Source: Spirochaetia bacterium | GTDB taxonomy: Bacteria; Spirochaetota; Spirochaetia; SZUA-6; Bin103 | NCBI GenBank assembly: GCA_965203905.1 | Contig: CBDBDQ010000005.1 | Span: forward strand, 5,760,001-5,824,000 | Direction: 5' to 3' | DNA length: 64,000 nt | Shown: positions 19,723 to 30,153 of the stretch, piece after piece | Layout of the letters: each line of letters opens with the position of its first letter | Numbering within the stretch: position 1 is the stretch's first letter | Made by a program: the position numbers and the translations under genes | Notes under the pieces: generated by a model | What the model was told of the DNA's origin: nothing | Database searches by the model: none | The model's input: only the letters and a program-made list of their open reading frames with translations

Positions 19723-21561
19723 GTGGACGAGACTCCCGCGTACCCCCACATTCCCTACGGTCAGGGCGACTTCCGGCGCATCCGCCTGAACCGGTGGTTG
19801 TACGTCGACAAGACCCGCTTTCTTCGGCGGCTGGAACAGGAGCACTACGTCTTCCTGATCCGCCCGCGGCGGTTCGGCAAGACGCTCTGGGTGTCGCTGC
19901 TGGAAAACTACTACGACCGCTGGTGGGGCCACGAGTTCGAAGCCACCTTCGCGGGCACCGACATCGGGGCCGATCCGACGCCGGAGCGCCATCGCTACGT
20001 GGTCCTGCGCTTCAACTTCTCGATGGTCAACTACAAGCTCGAAACGCTGGAGCGGGAGTTCGACACCTATTGCACCGCGGAAATCGGGGACACGCTCGAT
20101 CGGTATCCCGATCTGTTCCCCGCCGCAGTCGTGCGGCGCATCCTCGCCCCGATCTCGGCTACCGGCAAGCTCACCGAGCTGTTTCTGCATACCAAGCGCC
20201 ACGACATCCCGCTGTACGTGCTGATCGACGAGTACGACAACTTTGCCAACACGGTGCTCGCGCACCACGGCGTCGAGGCGTACGAGTCGTTCACCCACGG
20301 CGGCGGCTTCTTTCGCAACTTCTTCGCCACCCTCAAGGGCGGCACCGACCGCAGCGGCGGCGGCATCGATCGCCTGTTCATCACCGGCGTGTCGCCGGTG
20401 ACCATGGACGACGTTACCTCCGGCTTCAACATCGGCACCAACATCAGTCTGGATCCCGACTTCAACGAGATGGTGGGCTTCACCGAGGCGGAGGTGCGGC
20501 GCCTGGTCGAGACCTACCGGGACCACGGCGTGTTCGACCAGGACGTGGACGCCGCCATGGCGCTGATGGGCGAGTGGTACAACGGCTACCGGTTCGCCCG
20601 CACGGCCGAAGCGGATCTGTACAACACCGACATGGTGCTCTACTACCTGAAGCACTCGATCCCGAACCGGCCCGTCCCGGACGACCTGATCGACACCAAC
20701 GTGCGCATCGACTACGACAAGCTGCGCCACCTGCTGGTGGTGGGCCGGCAGTTGAACGGCAACTTCGACCTGCTGCGCGAGGTCATCGGTGAGGAGCAGG
20801 CTGACGCCCGCATCCAGCCGAGCTTTCCGCTGGGGCGGCTCGCCGAGCGGGAGAACTTCCTGTCGCTGCTGCACTACTTCGGACTGCTGAGCATCAGTGA
20901 CGGGCAGGGCATGCTGCCGCGGCTGGCGATTCCGAACCAGACCGTGAAGCGGCTGATGTACGGCTACCTGCGCGACGGCTACCAGGACGTGGGCGTGTTT
21001 GCGGTCGACCTGTACCGGTTCGAGCAACTGATGCTGCGCATGGCCACCGACGGCGAGTGGCGGCCGGTGCTGGAGTTCCTGAGCGAGGCGATCGCGCGGC
21101 AGACGGGGATCCGCGAATACATCGGCGGGGAGAAGGTGATGGCGCCCCGTGCCGGGGCGCTGGGGTTCCTGGCGGCCTACCTGGGCGTGGCCGACTACTA
21201 CGTGTTCCGCTCGGAGGCGGAGCTGGGCCAGGCCACATCGTGGCCCGGGCACGCGGACATCGCGCTGGAACCACTGGTCGCCCGCTATCCGCAGTTGCGT
21301 CGCGGGTACCTGATCGAGCTCAAGTACCTGAAGCGCTCCGATCGCTCTCAGCGCAGCGAGCCGGCGCACGAGACGGGGGTGGCGGCGGCGGTCGGCGAAG
21401 CGATGGCGCAGTTGCGGCGCTACCTGGCGGACGAGCGGCTGGCGCGGCAGTTTCCGGGAGTGCGGTTCACGGGCCTGGCGGTGGTGTTCCACGGCTGGGA
21501 GATGGTGTTCTGCGACGCGGTGGAGCCGGTCGCCGGCGACGCCGGCCATGACAAGGGGTGA
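19723..21561 (+). CDS. AAA-ATPase-like + PD-(D/E)XK nuclease family protein
   Basis: IPYG..DF..YVDKT, RPRRFGKT, LIDEYD, FITGV, WYNGY, C-terminal AD..IELKY; start set by alignment with the paralog at 61661. Confidence 0.88.
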   Translation: MDETPAYPHIPYGQGDFRRIRLNRWLYVDKTRFLRRLEQEHYVFLIRPRRFGKTLWVSLLENYYDRWWGHEFEATFAGTDIGADPTPERHRYVVLRFNFSMVNYKLETLEREFDTYCTAEIGDTLDRYPDLFPAAVVRRILAPISATGKLTELFLHTKRHDIPLYVLIDEYDNFANTVLAHHGVEAYESFTHGGGFFRNFFATLKGGTDRSGGGIDRLFITGVSPVTMDDVTSGFNIGTNISLDPDFNEMVGFTEAEVRRLVETYRDHGVFDQDVDAAMALMGEWYNGYRFARTAEADLYNTDMVLYYLKHSIPNRPVPDDLIDTNVRIDYDKLRHLLVVGRQLNGNFDLLREVIGEEQADARIQPSFPLGRLAERENFLSLLHYFGLLSISDGQGMLPRLAIPNQTVKRLMYGYLRDGYQDVGVFAVDLYRFEQLMLRMATDGEWRPVLEFLSEAIARQTGIREYIGGEKVMAPRAGALGFLAAYLGVADYYVFRSEAELGQATSWPGHADIALEPLVARYPQLRRGYLIELKYLKRSDRSQRSEPAHETGVAAAVGEAMAQLRRYLADERLARQFPGVRFTGLAVVFHGWEMVFCDAVEPVAGDAGHDKG

Positions 21562-21709
21562 TCAGCATGGCCGCAGGATTCTATCCCCTCGGCACGTTCG
21601 GCAGCCGTACATTCGTGGCGCTACGCGCGGCGCCGAGACATCGTTCCCACGTGCCCCGGCGCTGAGGTAACCCTCGAACGGCTGCGCGTACACCGACGAG
21701 GACCACACA

Positions 21710-23020
21710 TTGACCAATCTGCGCGGCGCGCTGCACCGATTCCATCCCGACGTATACCGTTACCTGATCGCCTCCAGCCTGGTGGGATTCAGCTACTTCG
21801 GATTCGTGACCGTGCTGCTCAACCTCTACCTGCTGCGGCTGGGCTACGGCACTGACTTCATCGGCCTGGTGAACGGGAGCACCGCCCTCGCCTTCGCGCT
21901 GTCGTCGCTTCCCGCCGGCGCGCTCGGCAGCCGCATCGGGATGCGGCGCGGGGTGATGGCGGGCATGGGCTTCCTGGCGGCCGGCGTGATGCTGGTGCCG
22001 CTGGTCGGGCTGTTCCCGGCGGGATCGACGCGGGACTACAGCATCATCGCCATGCGCCTGCTGTCGGGGATCGGATTCTCCCTCTACATGGTCAACTCCT
22101 ACCCCTACCTGGTGGCCGCGACCGAGGCTCGCGACCGCCCCTACGCGTTCGCGATGCTGGCGGCGATCCCGCCGGTGGCCGGGTTTGCCGGCAGCATCGT
22201 GTCCGGCGCGCTGCCCGCGTGGCTTGCCGCCGGCCTGGGGTTGGAGGTCGCGGATCCGCTGCCGTTCGCCCTGATCCTGGTGGTGGCCGGCGCGATTCTG
22301 CTGCCTAACCCGTTGATCGTGGCCCGTACCCGCGACCTGGAGTCCCCCAGGCGGCGCCGCAACGGCAGCGCACGCCGGCGTACGCGCGACGAACGAAGCG
22401 CCGATGGCGCGATCTATCTGCTGATCTTCTTCCTCAGCATCACCGCCATGCTGCGCATGTCCGGGGAAGGCGCGGCGCGGTCGTTCTTCAACGTCTACCT
22501 GGAGCTGGACCTGGGCGCCTCCACCTCGCGCATCGGCCTGTTGCTGGCGTTCGGGCAGCTCGCGGCCGGTCCGGCGGCGTTGTGCGCCCCGGCGCTGTCG
22601 GCACGCGTGGGGCGGGTGCCGATGATCGTCGTCACCACCGCGATGACCGCCTTCAGCCTGGTGATCATGGCCGCGGTGCCGCATTGGGCGGCGGCGGGCA
22701 TCGGCTACACCCTGGTAGTCGGCCTGCGCTCCCTCACCCAGTCGGTGTCCAGCGTCGTGAACCTGGAGATCGTGCCGGCGAGCTGGCGCGGGATGACGTC
22801 GGGCGTAGTGTCGATGTCGATGGGGCTGGGGTTCACCTCGATGTCGCTCGGCGGCGGCTACCTGATTCCGGTGCTGGGATTCCCGGGCCTCTACCTGCTG
22901 GCGGCGTTGATCACCGCGGTGAGCGCGCTCGTCTTCTGGCTCTACTTCCGGGTGCCGCGGGGCGAGTACCGGCTGCCTTCCGAAGATCCGGCCGCTGCCG
23001 TTTCGAGCCGGCGGCCATAG
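21710..23020 (+). CDS. MFS transporter (tandem paralog 1)
   Basis: Hydrophobic 12-TM pattern, NLYLLRLGY, LPAGALGSRIG; TTG start after GAGG. Confidence 0.85.
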   Translation: MTNLRGALHRFHPDVYRYLIASSLVGFSYFGFVTVLLNLYLLRLGYGTDFIGLVNGSTALAFALSSLPAGALGSRIGMRRGVMAGMGFLAAGVMLVPLVGLFPAGSTRDYSIIAMRLLSGIGFSLYMVNSYPYLVAATEARDRPYAFAMLAAIPPVAGFAGSIVSGALPAWLAAGLGLEVADPLPFALILVVAGAILLPNPLIVARTRDLESPRRRRNGSARRRTRDERSADGAIYLLIFFLSITAMLRMSGEGAARSFFNVYLELDLGASTSRIGLLLAFGQLAAGPAALCAPALSARVGRVPMIVVTTAMTAFSLVIMAAVPHWAAAGIGYTLVVGLRSLTQSVSSVVNLEIVPASWRGMTSGVVSMSMGLGFTSMSLGGGYLIPVLGFPGLYLLAALITAVSALVFWLYFRVPRGEYRLPSEDPAAAVSSRRP

Positions 23021-23047
23021 GCCAGCGGGCGCTGACGCGAGGCTAGC

Positions 23048-24325
23048 ATGACCAACCTGCGCCACGCGCTCCGTGCCTTCCACGCCGACGTCTACAAGTA
23101 CCTGTTCGCCGTCAGCATCGTCGGGTTCAGCTACTTCGGCTTCGTATCGGTGCTGCTCAACCTGTACCTGCTGCGCCTCGGCTACGGCACCGACTTCATC
23201 GGCCTGGTGAACGGCAGCATCGCCTTTGCCTTCGCGGCCTCGTCGCTGCCGGCGGGGGCACTCGGCAGCCGCCTGGGGATGCGCCGGACGGCGGCGATCG
23301 GCATGGCCCTGCTGACGGTGGGAATGACCTTCGTTCCGGTGGCCGGCTCCATCCTGTCGGGTACGCCGCGTGACGTGGGCATCATCGCGATGCGCGTTCT
23401 CTCCGGCATGGGATTTGCCTGCTACATGGTGAACTCCTATCCCTACCTGGTGGCGGCCACCGAGCCCCGCGAGCGGACCTACGCGTTCGCCATCATGTCG
23501 GGCCTGCCGCCACTGACCGGCTTCGCCGGCAGCCTGGTCTCCGGCGTGCTGCCGGGCTGGATCGCGCCCCTGCTGGGGCTGGACCTGAGTCACCCGGAGC
23601 CGTTCGCGGTGGCCCTGGTCTTCGCGGGGATGATCCTGCTGCCGACCGTCTTCGCGGTGGGGCGCGCCAGCGACCGGGAGCCGGCGCGGCGCAGTCCGCC
23701 GCGGTCGGAGCGGCTGCGCTCTCCCGGCGACGCACGCCGCACGGAAGGTGCGCTCTACCTCCTGATCTTCCTACTCGCGGTCACCGCCCTGCTGCGCTCC
23801 GCCGGCGAAGGGGCGGCGCGTTCCTTCTTCAACGTCTACCTGGAGCTGGATCTTGCGGCGTCGCCGGCCCGCATCGGGCTGCTGCTCGCGGTCGGGCAGG
23901 TGGCCGCGGGCCCGGCGGCCCTGGTGGCCCCGGCGCTGGCCGCGCGTGCCGGCAAGGTGCCGGTGATCGTGGTCACGGGGCTGGTCACCGCGGCCGGCAT
24001 GGTGATCCTGGCAGCCGTCCCCCACTGGGCCGCTGCCGGGCTCGGCTTCACGCTGGTGATCGGCCTGCGGGCGGTGACCCAGTCGGTGTCCTCGGTCTTG
24101 CACATGGAGATCGTGCCGGCCGGCCGGCGTACGGTCACCTCGGGAGTGGTGGCGATGGCGCTCGGTCTGGGCTTCATGTCGATCTCGTTCGGCGGCGGCT
24201 ACCTGATCCCGGCCATCGGCTTCCCCGGCCTCCACCTGCTGGCCGCCGCCATCACCGTCGTCAGCGCAACGATCTTCTGGCTCTACTTCCGCGTACCCCG
24301 GGGCGAGTACCGCAACCCCGCTTGA
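23048..24325 (+). CDS. MFS transporter (tandem paralog 2)
   Basis: Collinear and highly similar to 21710..23020 (e.g. GEGAARSFFNVYLELDL, FWLYFRVPRGEYR). Confidence 0.85.
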   Translation: MTNLRHALRAFHADVYKYLFAVSIVGFSYFGFVSVLLNLYLLRLGYGTDFIGLVNGSIAFAFAASSLPAGALGSRLGMRRTAAIGMALLTVGMTFVPVAGSILSGTPRDVGIIAMRVLSGMGFACYMVNSYPYLVAATEPRERTYAFAIMSGLPPLTGFAGSLVSGVLPGWIAPLLGLDLSHPEPFAVALVFAGMILLPTVFAVGRASDREPARRSPPRSERLRSPGDARRTEGALYLLIFLLAVTALLRSAGEGAARSFFNVYLELDLAASPARIGLLLAVGQVAAGPAALVAPALAARAGKVPVIVVTGLVTAAGMVILAAVPHWAAAGLGFTLVIGLRAVTQSVSSVLHMEIVPAGRRTVTSGVVAMALGLGFMSISFGGGYLIPAIGFPGLHLLAAAITVVSATIFWLYFRVPRGEYRNPA

Positions 24326-24355
24326 CCGCCGGCGGCGATCCGCCAAAGCTGTCGC

Positions 24356-24550
24356 ATGAGGCAAGTCGTGGTCTATCCCGGCGAGGATGGATACTGGGTA
24401 GCCGAGTGTCCAAGTCTGCCCGGCTGCATCAGTCAAGGACGGACGAAACAGGATGCGATCGTCAACATCAAGGAAGCAATCGAAGGATATGTCGCCGCCC
24501 TCAAAGACGACGATCTGCCCGTTCCCGAGAAGTCCGCCGCTCCCATGTAG
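24356..24550 (+). CDS. HicB-family antitoxin (short form, no adjacent HicA)
   Basis: EDGYWVAECPSLPGCISQGRT..AIVNIKEAI. Confidence 0.8.
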   Translation: MRQVVVYPGEDGYWVAECPSLPGCISQGRTKQDAIVNIKEAIEGYVAALKDDDLPVPEKSAAPM

Positions 24551-26093
24551 CCGCGATTATGAAGCGGTCGTTCTGGAACATCAGGGTGCAGCACCTGCGT
24601 GTGCGGTGACCAGATGGCGCAACCATTCCGGCAACTCGACATCCGGCCGTAGCGCGACGACACCGACCCGGTGTCTGTCGACGTAGTCCTCGCAGGTGAG
24701 CCACTCCGTTTCGTCGGCGTTGGGGACCAGGAGCAACGCAAGATCCGGACGGCGAGCACCCCAGCGGAGCGCATCGTGGTACAGGTGGGCGCTCTCCGCC
24801 ATCCCGTCGAGGATGTTTTTCTCCCCGCTGCGGTACTTGGCGTCCAGGACGATGAAACGCGTTGCGCCGTCACGGGTTTCCGATTTCAAGACGAGGTCAG
24901 GTACGTACTGTCGAGAAATCGACCAGGCATCCGCCTGCTCAGCGCCACATTTTTTTTGAAAGGTCTTCTGCAGATGGAGCGTGATCAGGTGACCGTCGCT
25001 GCGATGACCGATGACGCTCCGGCGATCGGAGCCCATCGCGCCCGCGTTCTTCCACGCGTGGTCGGGCAGCCACTCCCTGAGTTTCCGGGCCAGAACCACA
25101 AGGCACCAACGCTCGTAGATTTCCCATGTCGGGCTGAGCGGCAGCAGGTCCTTCGGGTCCAGCCGATACACACCGCGCCGGAGAGCCTCCCACCCTACAC
25201 GCCAGAACCGGCCGTACAGCGGATGCGCCGCAACGGCGTTGAGCCCAGCCGCGGTGACTTCGGCGCGCTGCACCTCGCTGAACGGCGAGTGGCGTTCAGC
25301 CATCACGAACTCGCGCTCCATCTCGCCGAGGATCTGCTTCCAGCGGGGTACGCGCCCCTTGACGCCAGTCCTCGTTTCCTGCGTGCGACGGTCGGCGAAC
25401 TTGTCCAGCAGCCTGGTGAGCTCCCGGCACCGCAGGAGAAGCGCTCGAAGCATGGCAAGAGCGGATCGATTCGCCGGGACATCGAGCGTGCGCTCCACCG
25501 CCGGCACTTCCAGGACCGGGCCGTCGGCCGGGCCAGCCGGAAGGCTCAACCCTGCACCGCGCTGGATTGCCGCAAGCGTGGCAGGCCGACGGATGGCCGC
25601 CTGCAGCGTCCTCAGGTCGGTGCGCCGCGCGTCCCTGAGGGGGACGAATCGCCGCCGCGCCTTCAATACACTTACGGGCTCTCGCCGAAGAGCGGCGAGC
25701 GCCTGATTCAGTTCGCTTCGGCGCCGTCGCAACCGTTCGAGCCACACGAGTGGATCATCGGTCTCTGCGAGCGCGCCGAGACGACGCCGGGCCGGTTCCT
25801 CACCGACCACGAGACGGGCGTCGAATTCGACAATCTCGTTGATCATGCGCTCGAACAGGTCGCGGCCAGCCTTGCCGGCATCCGGGCTTACGTCGAGCCG
25901 CCATGTCCCGAGCACCCGATCGTCCCGATCCAGCAGCTCGGCGCGTACTTCGCCCGCATAGAACCCGGGCTCCCACACCCACTCGTTCCGAGCGGTCTCG
26001 ACTTGGCTGAGCGGTTCGTCGTCGACTAGCCCAAGTTGCGCACTTTCTGACGTAAACTGTTTCTGTTACACGATTTGACATTTAAGTTTGTCA

Positions 26094-27238
26094 CTACAAT
26101 CGATTCCTCCCCGGAAGCGGCGGGGTAGCCGGTATCCGTAACGTCCGGTAAATCTTGCGATGCTCCAACTCCGGCTGCGACGGCCGCCGCAGGCGGAGCA
26201 CCGTCCCGTCCGTGCACTGGTGCACGATGGTCACCATTTGGTGGGTCGCCAACAGGTCGCGGATGGTCGGCCACGAGCGATAGTCGCCGTTCTCCTGCAA
26301 GCGCCGCTCGATGGCGTGCAGCAGATGGTAGGCCAGCAACGAGATGAAGATGTGCGCATCCACCCGCTCGCTGCGCTGATGAAACACCGGACGTATCCCC
26401 AGAGTGCTCTTCAGGTAGCGAAATGATCGTTCGATCCGGGTCAGCAGCACGTACAGCTTCCACACCTCGGCTTCCGTCAGGTCGGTGCGATCGGTGCGCA
26501 GCAGATAGGTCCCGTCAAGCTCCTCGGCGAGTTGTTGCGCCGCATCCTTGCGGGCCCAGGTTACTTCCGCTCGGCCCTGCTCATCAGTGTGCAGCTGCAG
26601 CGTGTAGTAACGCGCTACGCGCGGATAGCGGCCCAATAGACGCCCGATTGCCCGGTTGATCTTCTCCGGCTGCTTCAGCCGGCCTGCTGCCACCCGCGTC
26701 TTGAGCTTCTCGGCATCCTCCTCCAACCGATGCTCGAACCGCTGCCGTATCGCGCGATCCTTGCTCGCCCGCGCGGCGCTGTGGCACAGCACGTACAACT
26801 CGCCCTGGTGCCGCCGCAACTGGCCGCAGACTACGACCTGCCCCTTCGCGTTCACTTTCACCGGCACGTAGCGTGAGCTGTCAATCTCGGGAAACAACTC
26901 CTGGCGCTCGCTTTGTGGGGTGGTCACGATGTAGTGCTGGCCGCGCTGGCGCAGCAGTTCCAGGTTCTCGTCCGTAGCGATACCCCGATCCATGATCACC
27001 GTCGGTTGACTCGGCCAGCCGACGGCGCCTGTGGTGCGGCAGTCCAGGCTGGCGAGCATCCGTGCCATGCTGGTTTCGTCTTTGGTGTTGCCGGTGAATA
27101 CTTCGTGCGCCTTGGGAAAGCCCTCGCCATCGAGCACCAGACCCACCACCACCTGCTTGCAGTCTGGTCGGTGATCCCGCGAGTAGCCATGCTCCGCCTT
27201 CTCGTTGCGCGCCGCGATGCCCTCGAAATAGGTGGAAG
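26094..27238 (-). pseudogene. IS1634 transposase, C-terminal part
   Basis: STYFEG..HGYSRDHRPDCKQVVVGL, MDRGI and IERSFRYLKSTLGIRPVFHQ...AHIFISLLAY. Confidence 0.9.
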
Positions 27239-27308
27239 AGACAACATGGAATCAAAAGGTCCGTTGCGATTTGATCGCGAGATCGCACGCCCGGTCAGGA
27301 ACAGGAAC

Positions 27309-27337
27309 TTGATATGATCGTTTACCAGCATTATTAT
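27309..27337 (+). promoter_or_regulatory. sigma70 promoter TTGATA-N17-TATTAT, probably producing a leaderless mRNA
   Basis: Near-consensus hexamers with 17-nt spacing; ATG 27345 starts 8 nt after the -10 and has no SD. Confidence 0.65.
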
Positions 27338-27344
27338 ATGAAAC

Positions 27345-27665
27345 ATGCAGCGCGCCACCCTGCAGCAACGCGCCGAGCGCTTGCAGGCCGCATACGAACT
27401 GTGCCGTCAGCACAGCGTGGCCGACGCGGTACGCTTGCTGGCCGCGCGTTTCGCCCTCTCTCCGGTGCAGGCGCGGCGCTACGTGCGCGCGGCACTCGAT
27501 CTGAAGGCGCCGCCGGGACAAGCAGACACCAAGCTGCCGATCACCGTGCGCATCCCACGCCATCTGGTCGAGCAATTGCGGGCGCGGGCACGCGCGAGTG
27601 GTCGCAGCCTGGGTTCGCTGGTGGCGCAGGCGATCACCAATTTTCTCTCCGGCGGCAAGAACTGA
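27345..27665 (+). CDS. Small DNA-binding protein with C-terminal ribbon-helix-helix motif
   Basis: ITVRIPRHLVEQLRARARASGRSLGSLVAQAITNFL is CopG/RHH-like. Confidence 0.7.
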   Translation: MQRATLQQRAERLQAAYELCRQHSVADAVRLLAARFALSPVQARRYVRAALDLKAPPGQADTKLPITVRIPRHLVEQLRARARASGRSLGSLVAQAITNFLSGGKN

Positions 27666-27671
27666 CCGCGG

Positions 27672-27887
27672 ATGCCACGGTTCCGGTTACGGCACGTATT
27701 CGACCGGCTCGCCGCACAGCGCCTCGGGGAAGCCTATGAGCTCTTGGTCCCCGAACGATCCTGGTCCACGCACGGAGGACACCAAGATGAACCGCACAGT
27801 CGCACCCACGCCGGAGACGGTGGCCGTGTACTTGAGAGTATCGAGCCAAGCCCAGCGCCACCGCGAGACGATCGCCAGTCAGCGTGA
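27672..27887 (+). CDS. Small hypothetical protein overlapping the recombinase start
   Basis: 71 aa ORF (FDRLAAQRLGEAYELLVP) directly after the RHH gene. Confidence 0.5.
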   Translation: MPRFRLRHVFDRLAAQRLGEAYELLVPERSWSTHGGHQDEPHSRTHAGDGGRVLESIEPSPAPPRDDRQSA

Positions 27888-29931
27888 GGCGGTGCTGGAG
27901 CACGCCCGCAGCCGTGGTTGGAACATCCCCCACGAGCGCGTGTTCGCCGATGACGGCTACAGCGGCGCGACGCTCGACCGTCCGGCGCTGGAAGCGTTAC
28001 GCGACCTGGTTGCCAGCGGCGCGATCGCCACGATTCTGGCGTGGTCGGTCGACCGGCTGAGCCGCAACTTCGCCTACCAGATACTGCTGCAGGAAGAGTT
28101 CGCGCGCGCCGGGGCGCAGGTCGTGTTCGTCCAGGAGCCCGACGACGCCACGCCCCAGGGTATGCTGTTGCGGCAAATGCTGTCGGTGATCTCGGAGTAT
28201 GAGCGAACCCAGATTGCCGAGCGCTCGCGGCGCGGCAAGCTGCACCGCGCCCGGCAGGGCTCACTGAACATGATCACGCGTGCGCCGTACGGGTACCGTC
28301 TGATCCCCAAGACCGAAACGTGCGGCGCTCGGCTCGAGATCGATGACGCCGAGGCGGACGTGGTGCGCCGGATCTATGACTGCTATCTGCGCGAGGGTCT
28401 GAAGATGAACGCCATCTCACGACGCCTCGATGCCGAAGGAATAAGACCGCGTCACGCTGAGCGGTGGTCGACCTCGACCGTCGCGGTGATCCTGAGGAAC
28501 GAGACCTACAGCGGGAAAGCAGCCTACTTGAAGACCACCAGCACCGGCCGGCGCACGCGTCCCAACCGCACCGGACGCCAGCGGGCGGGTGCGGTACGGC
28601 GCCTGGTCGGACGCACCACGCGCCCGCGCGAGGAATGGATCAGTCTGGCGGTGCCCGCCATCCTGGATGAGACGACCTTCGCACGAGCGCAACAGCGGCG
28701 GGCGGACAACCGGCGCTTCTCGCCGCGCAAGACGGCGGTGTCGACCCTGCTGCAAGGGCTCTGCGTGTGTGCCGAGTGTGGCTACACCATCGGGCGGAAT
28801 TCCGCCCAGACCAGTCGCAACAAGCCGCGGCGGCACTACTACCGCTGTCATGGCATCGACAGTTGGCGGCGCGCGGAAGGAGCCGTGTGTGACAATCCTC
28901 CGGTCCGCGCCGACGAACTCGACGCAGCCGTTTGGAACGAAGTGCTCGCGCTGCTGGAGAATCCGCAGCTCATCCAGTCCGAAATCAACCGTCGGATCGC
29001 CGCCGCCAACGACACCACAACCGCCAGTCAGCGGATGCAGGTTCTGCGTGGCGAGTTGTCGCGCAACCAGAGCCAGCGTCGGCGCCTGCTGGATGCTTAC
29101 CAAGCGGGCGTGGTGACGCTGGACGAGTTGCGGACACGAAATGCTCCACTACAAACCCAGCAACGCTCGATGCTATCGGAGCTGAAAGCCTTGCAGACCT
29201 TCGAACTCGATCGTGAATCTCAGCTTACTCTTGCCGCGACGGTCGAACAGTTCCTCGGGCGCATGCGGGAGGGGGCGCAAGCACTGTCCCTTGCCGAGCG
29301 TCAGCGTGTCATCCGGCTACTGATTCGCGAGGTCAGGATTGGCAAGAAATCGGTTACGATATGCCATTCAATCCCGGTGAGCGGAGTATCTCCCGCGGGC
29401 TCAGATCGTTACGGTGGAGGATCTGCTCTAATGGCACCCGACCAAGGTGCACTTTTGATTCCACGATGTGGTAAGGTCGTAAAGGACGATCGTTTCATCG
29501 AGCGCGAACAGCTCTCGCTCGCGTGCTGCCAGCTCGGTTTCGATTGCCACCCGATGCTCATACAACTGATCCGAGACCCGGTAGAGCGCATCCTTGGTCA
29601 CACTCCTCATGCTACCGGGCATCAGCTCAGCAAGCGCCGTGCGTGCAAACCAGCCAACCGTGCCCAACTCGCTACGTGGCGCCAGCAGTCTGCCCACCAC
29701 CTGGATCTCGGCCAACCGGCACTGCCGCGCAGAGAACCCGCAGCGCTGCAGGATCTGGTCGCAGCGCAGATGCTCCCAGAACACGTGCGCGACGTACTCC
29801 GGGCCGAGTTCGCGCAGCAGCTCACTGCTGCTGCGCTCGGGATAGACCTCCTTGGCGGGCCCGTGTCCGTCCCGCTGAGCTTGCTGACGCTGCTGCTTGC
29901 TGCGGATGCGTTCGGCGAACGGAGCCGCTAG
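27787..29931 (+). CDS. Large serine recombinase (reading frame runs through the element end at ~29471)
   Basis: GGAGG RBS; YLRVSS catalytic Ser, DDGYSGATLDRP, DRLSRN, APYGY, zinc-ribbon CAECG..YYRC..C, coiled coil. The last ~150 codons are antisense to transposase sequence. Confidence 0.9.
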   Translation: MNRTVAPTPETVAVYLRVSSQAQRHRETIASQREAVLEHARSRGWNIPHERVFADDGYSGATLDRPALEALRDLVASGAIATILAWSVDRLSRNFAYQILLQEEFARAGAQVVFVQEPDDATPQGMLLRQMLSVISEYERTQIAERSRRGKLHRARQGSLNMITRAPYGYRLIPKTETCGARLEIDDAEADVVRRIYDCYLREGLKMNAISRRLDAEGIRPRHAERWSTSTVAVILRNETYSGKAAYLKTTSTGRRTRPNRTGRQRAGAVRRLVGRTTRPREEWISLAVPAILDETTFARAQQRRADNRRFSPRKTAVSTLLQGLCVCAECGYTIGRNSAQTSRNKPRRHYYRCHGIDSWRRAEGAVCDNPPVRADELDAAVWNEVLALLENPQLIQSEINRRIAAANDTTTASQRMQVLRGELSRNQSQRRRLLDAYQAGVVTLDELRTRNAPLQTQQRSMLSELKALQTFELDRESQLTLAATVEQFLGRMREGAQALSLAERQRVIRLLIREVRIGKKSVTICHSIPVSGVSPAGSDRYGGGSALMAPDQGALLIPRCGKVVKDDRFIEREQLSLACCQLGFDCHPMLIQLIRDPVERILGHTPHATGHQLSKRRACKPANRAQLATWRQQSAHHLDLGQPALPRREPAALQDLVAAQMLPEHVRDVLRAEFAQQLTAAALGIDLLGGPVSVPLSLLTLLLAADAFGERSR

Positions 29932-30153
29932 TTGGTCCAGGTCAGAAGTCCCGAACGGCACCCGTTCCTGGTGATTGAGGAGATCTTCGATGCGTTCGGC
30001 CAAGCGTGGCCACTCGGACTTCGGCAGATCCAGAGTGCCGAGGCTCAAGACCAGCCGCTGGCGTGGGCCTTTGTCGGTGCGAACCGACTCCAGCAGCCGG
30101 TGGTAAGTGTAGGAACGACCGTTACGGGAGACCTTGAGCTGGCCGATGAACAC
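29472..30153 (-). pseudogene. IS1634 transposase, N-terminal part
   Basis: YTYHRLLESVRTDKGPRQRLVLSLG, RLLAPRSEL, LYRVSD and DETIVLYDLT motifs. Confidence 0.88.

Larger units (their letters stand above)
27239..29471 (+). mobile_element. ~2.2-kb large serine recombinase mini-element inserted in the transposase
   Basis: Ends are 18-bp imperfect inverted repeats (27241-27258 ACAACATGGAATCAAAAG; 29452-29469, 16/18 match). Removal restores YDLTSTYFEG. The exact crossover is ambiguous by a few nt. Confidence 0.85.

Noticed and set aside
27598-29931. 777-aa ORF as a novel recombinase fusion protein
   Set aside because: The likely start is 27787 and the C-terminal extension is read-through antisense to the IS1634 transposase.
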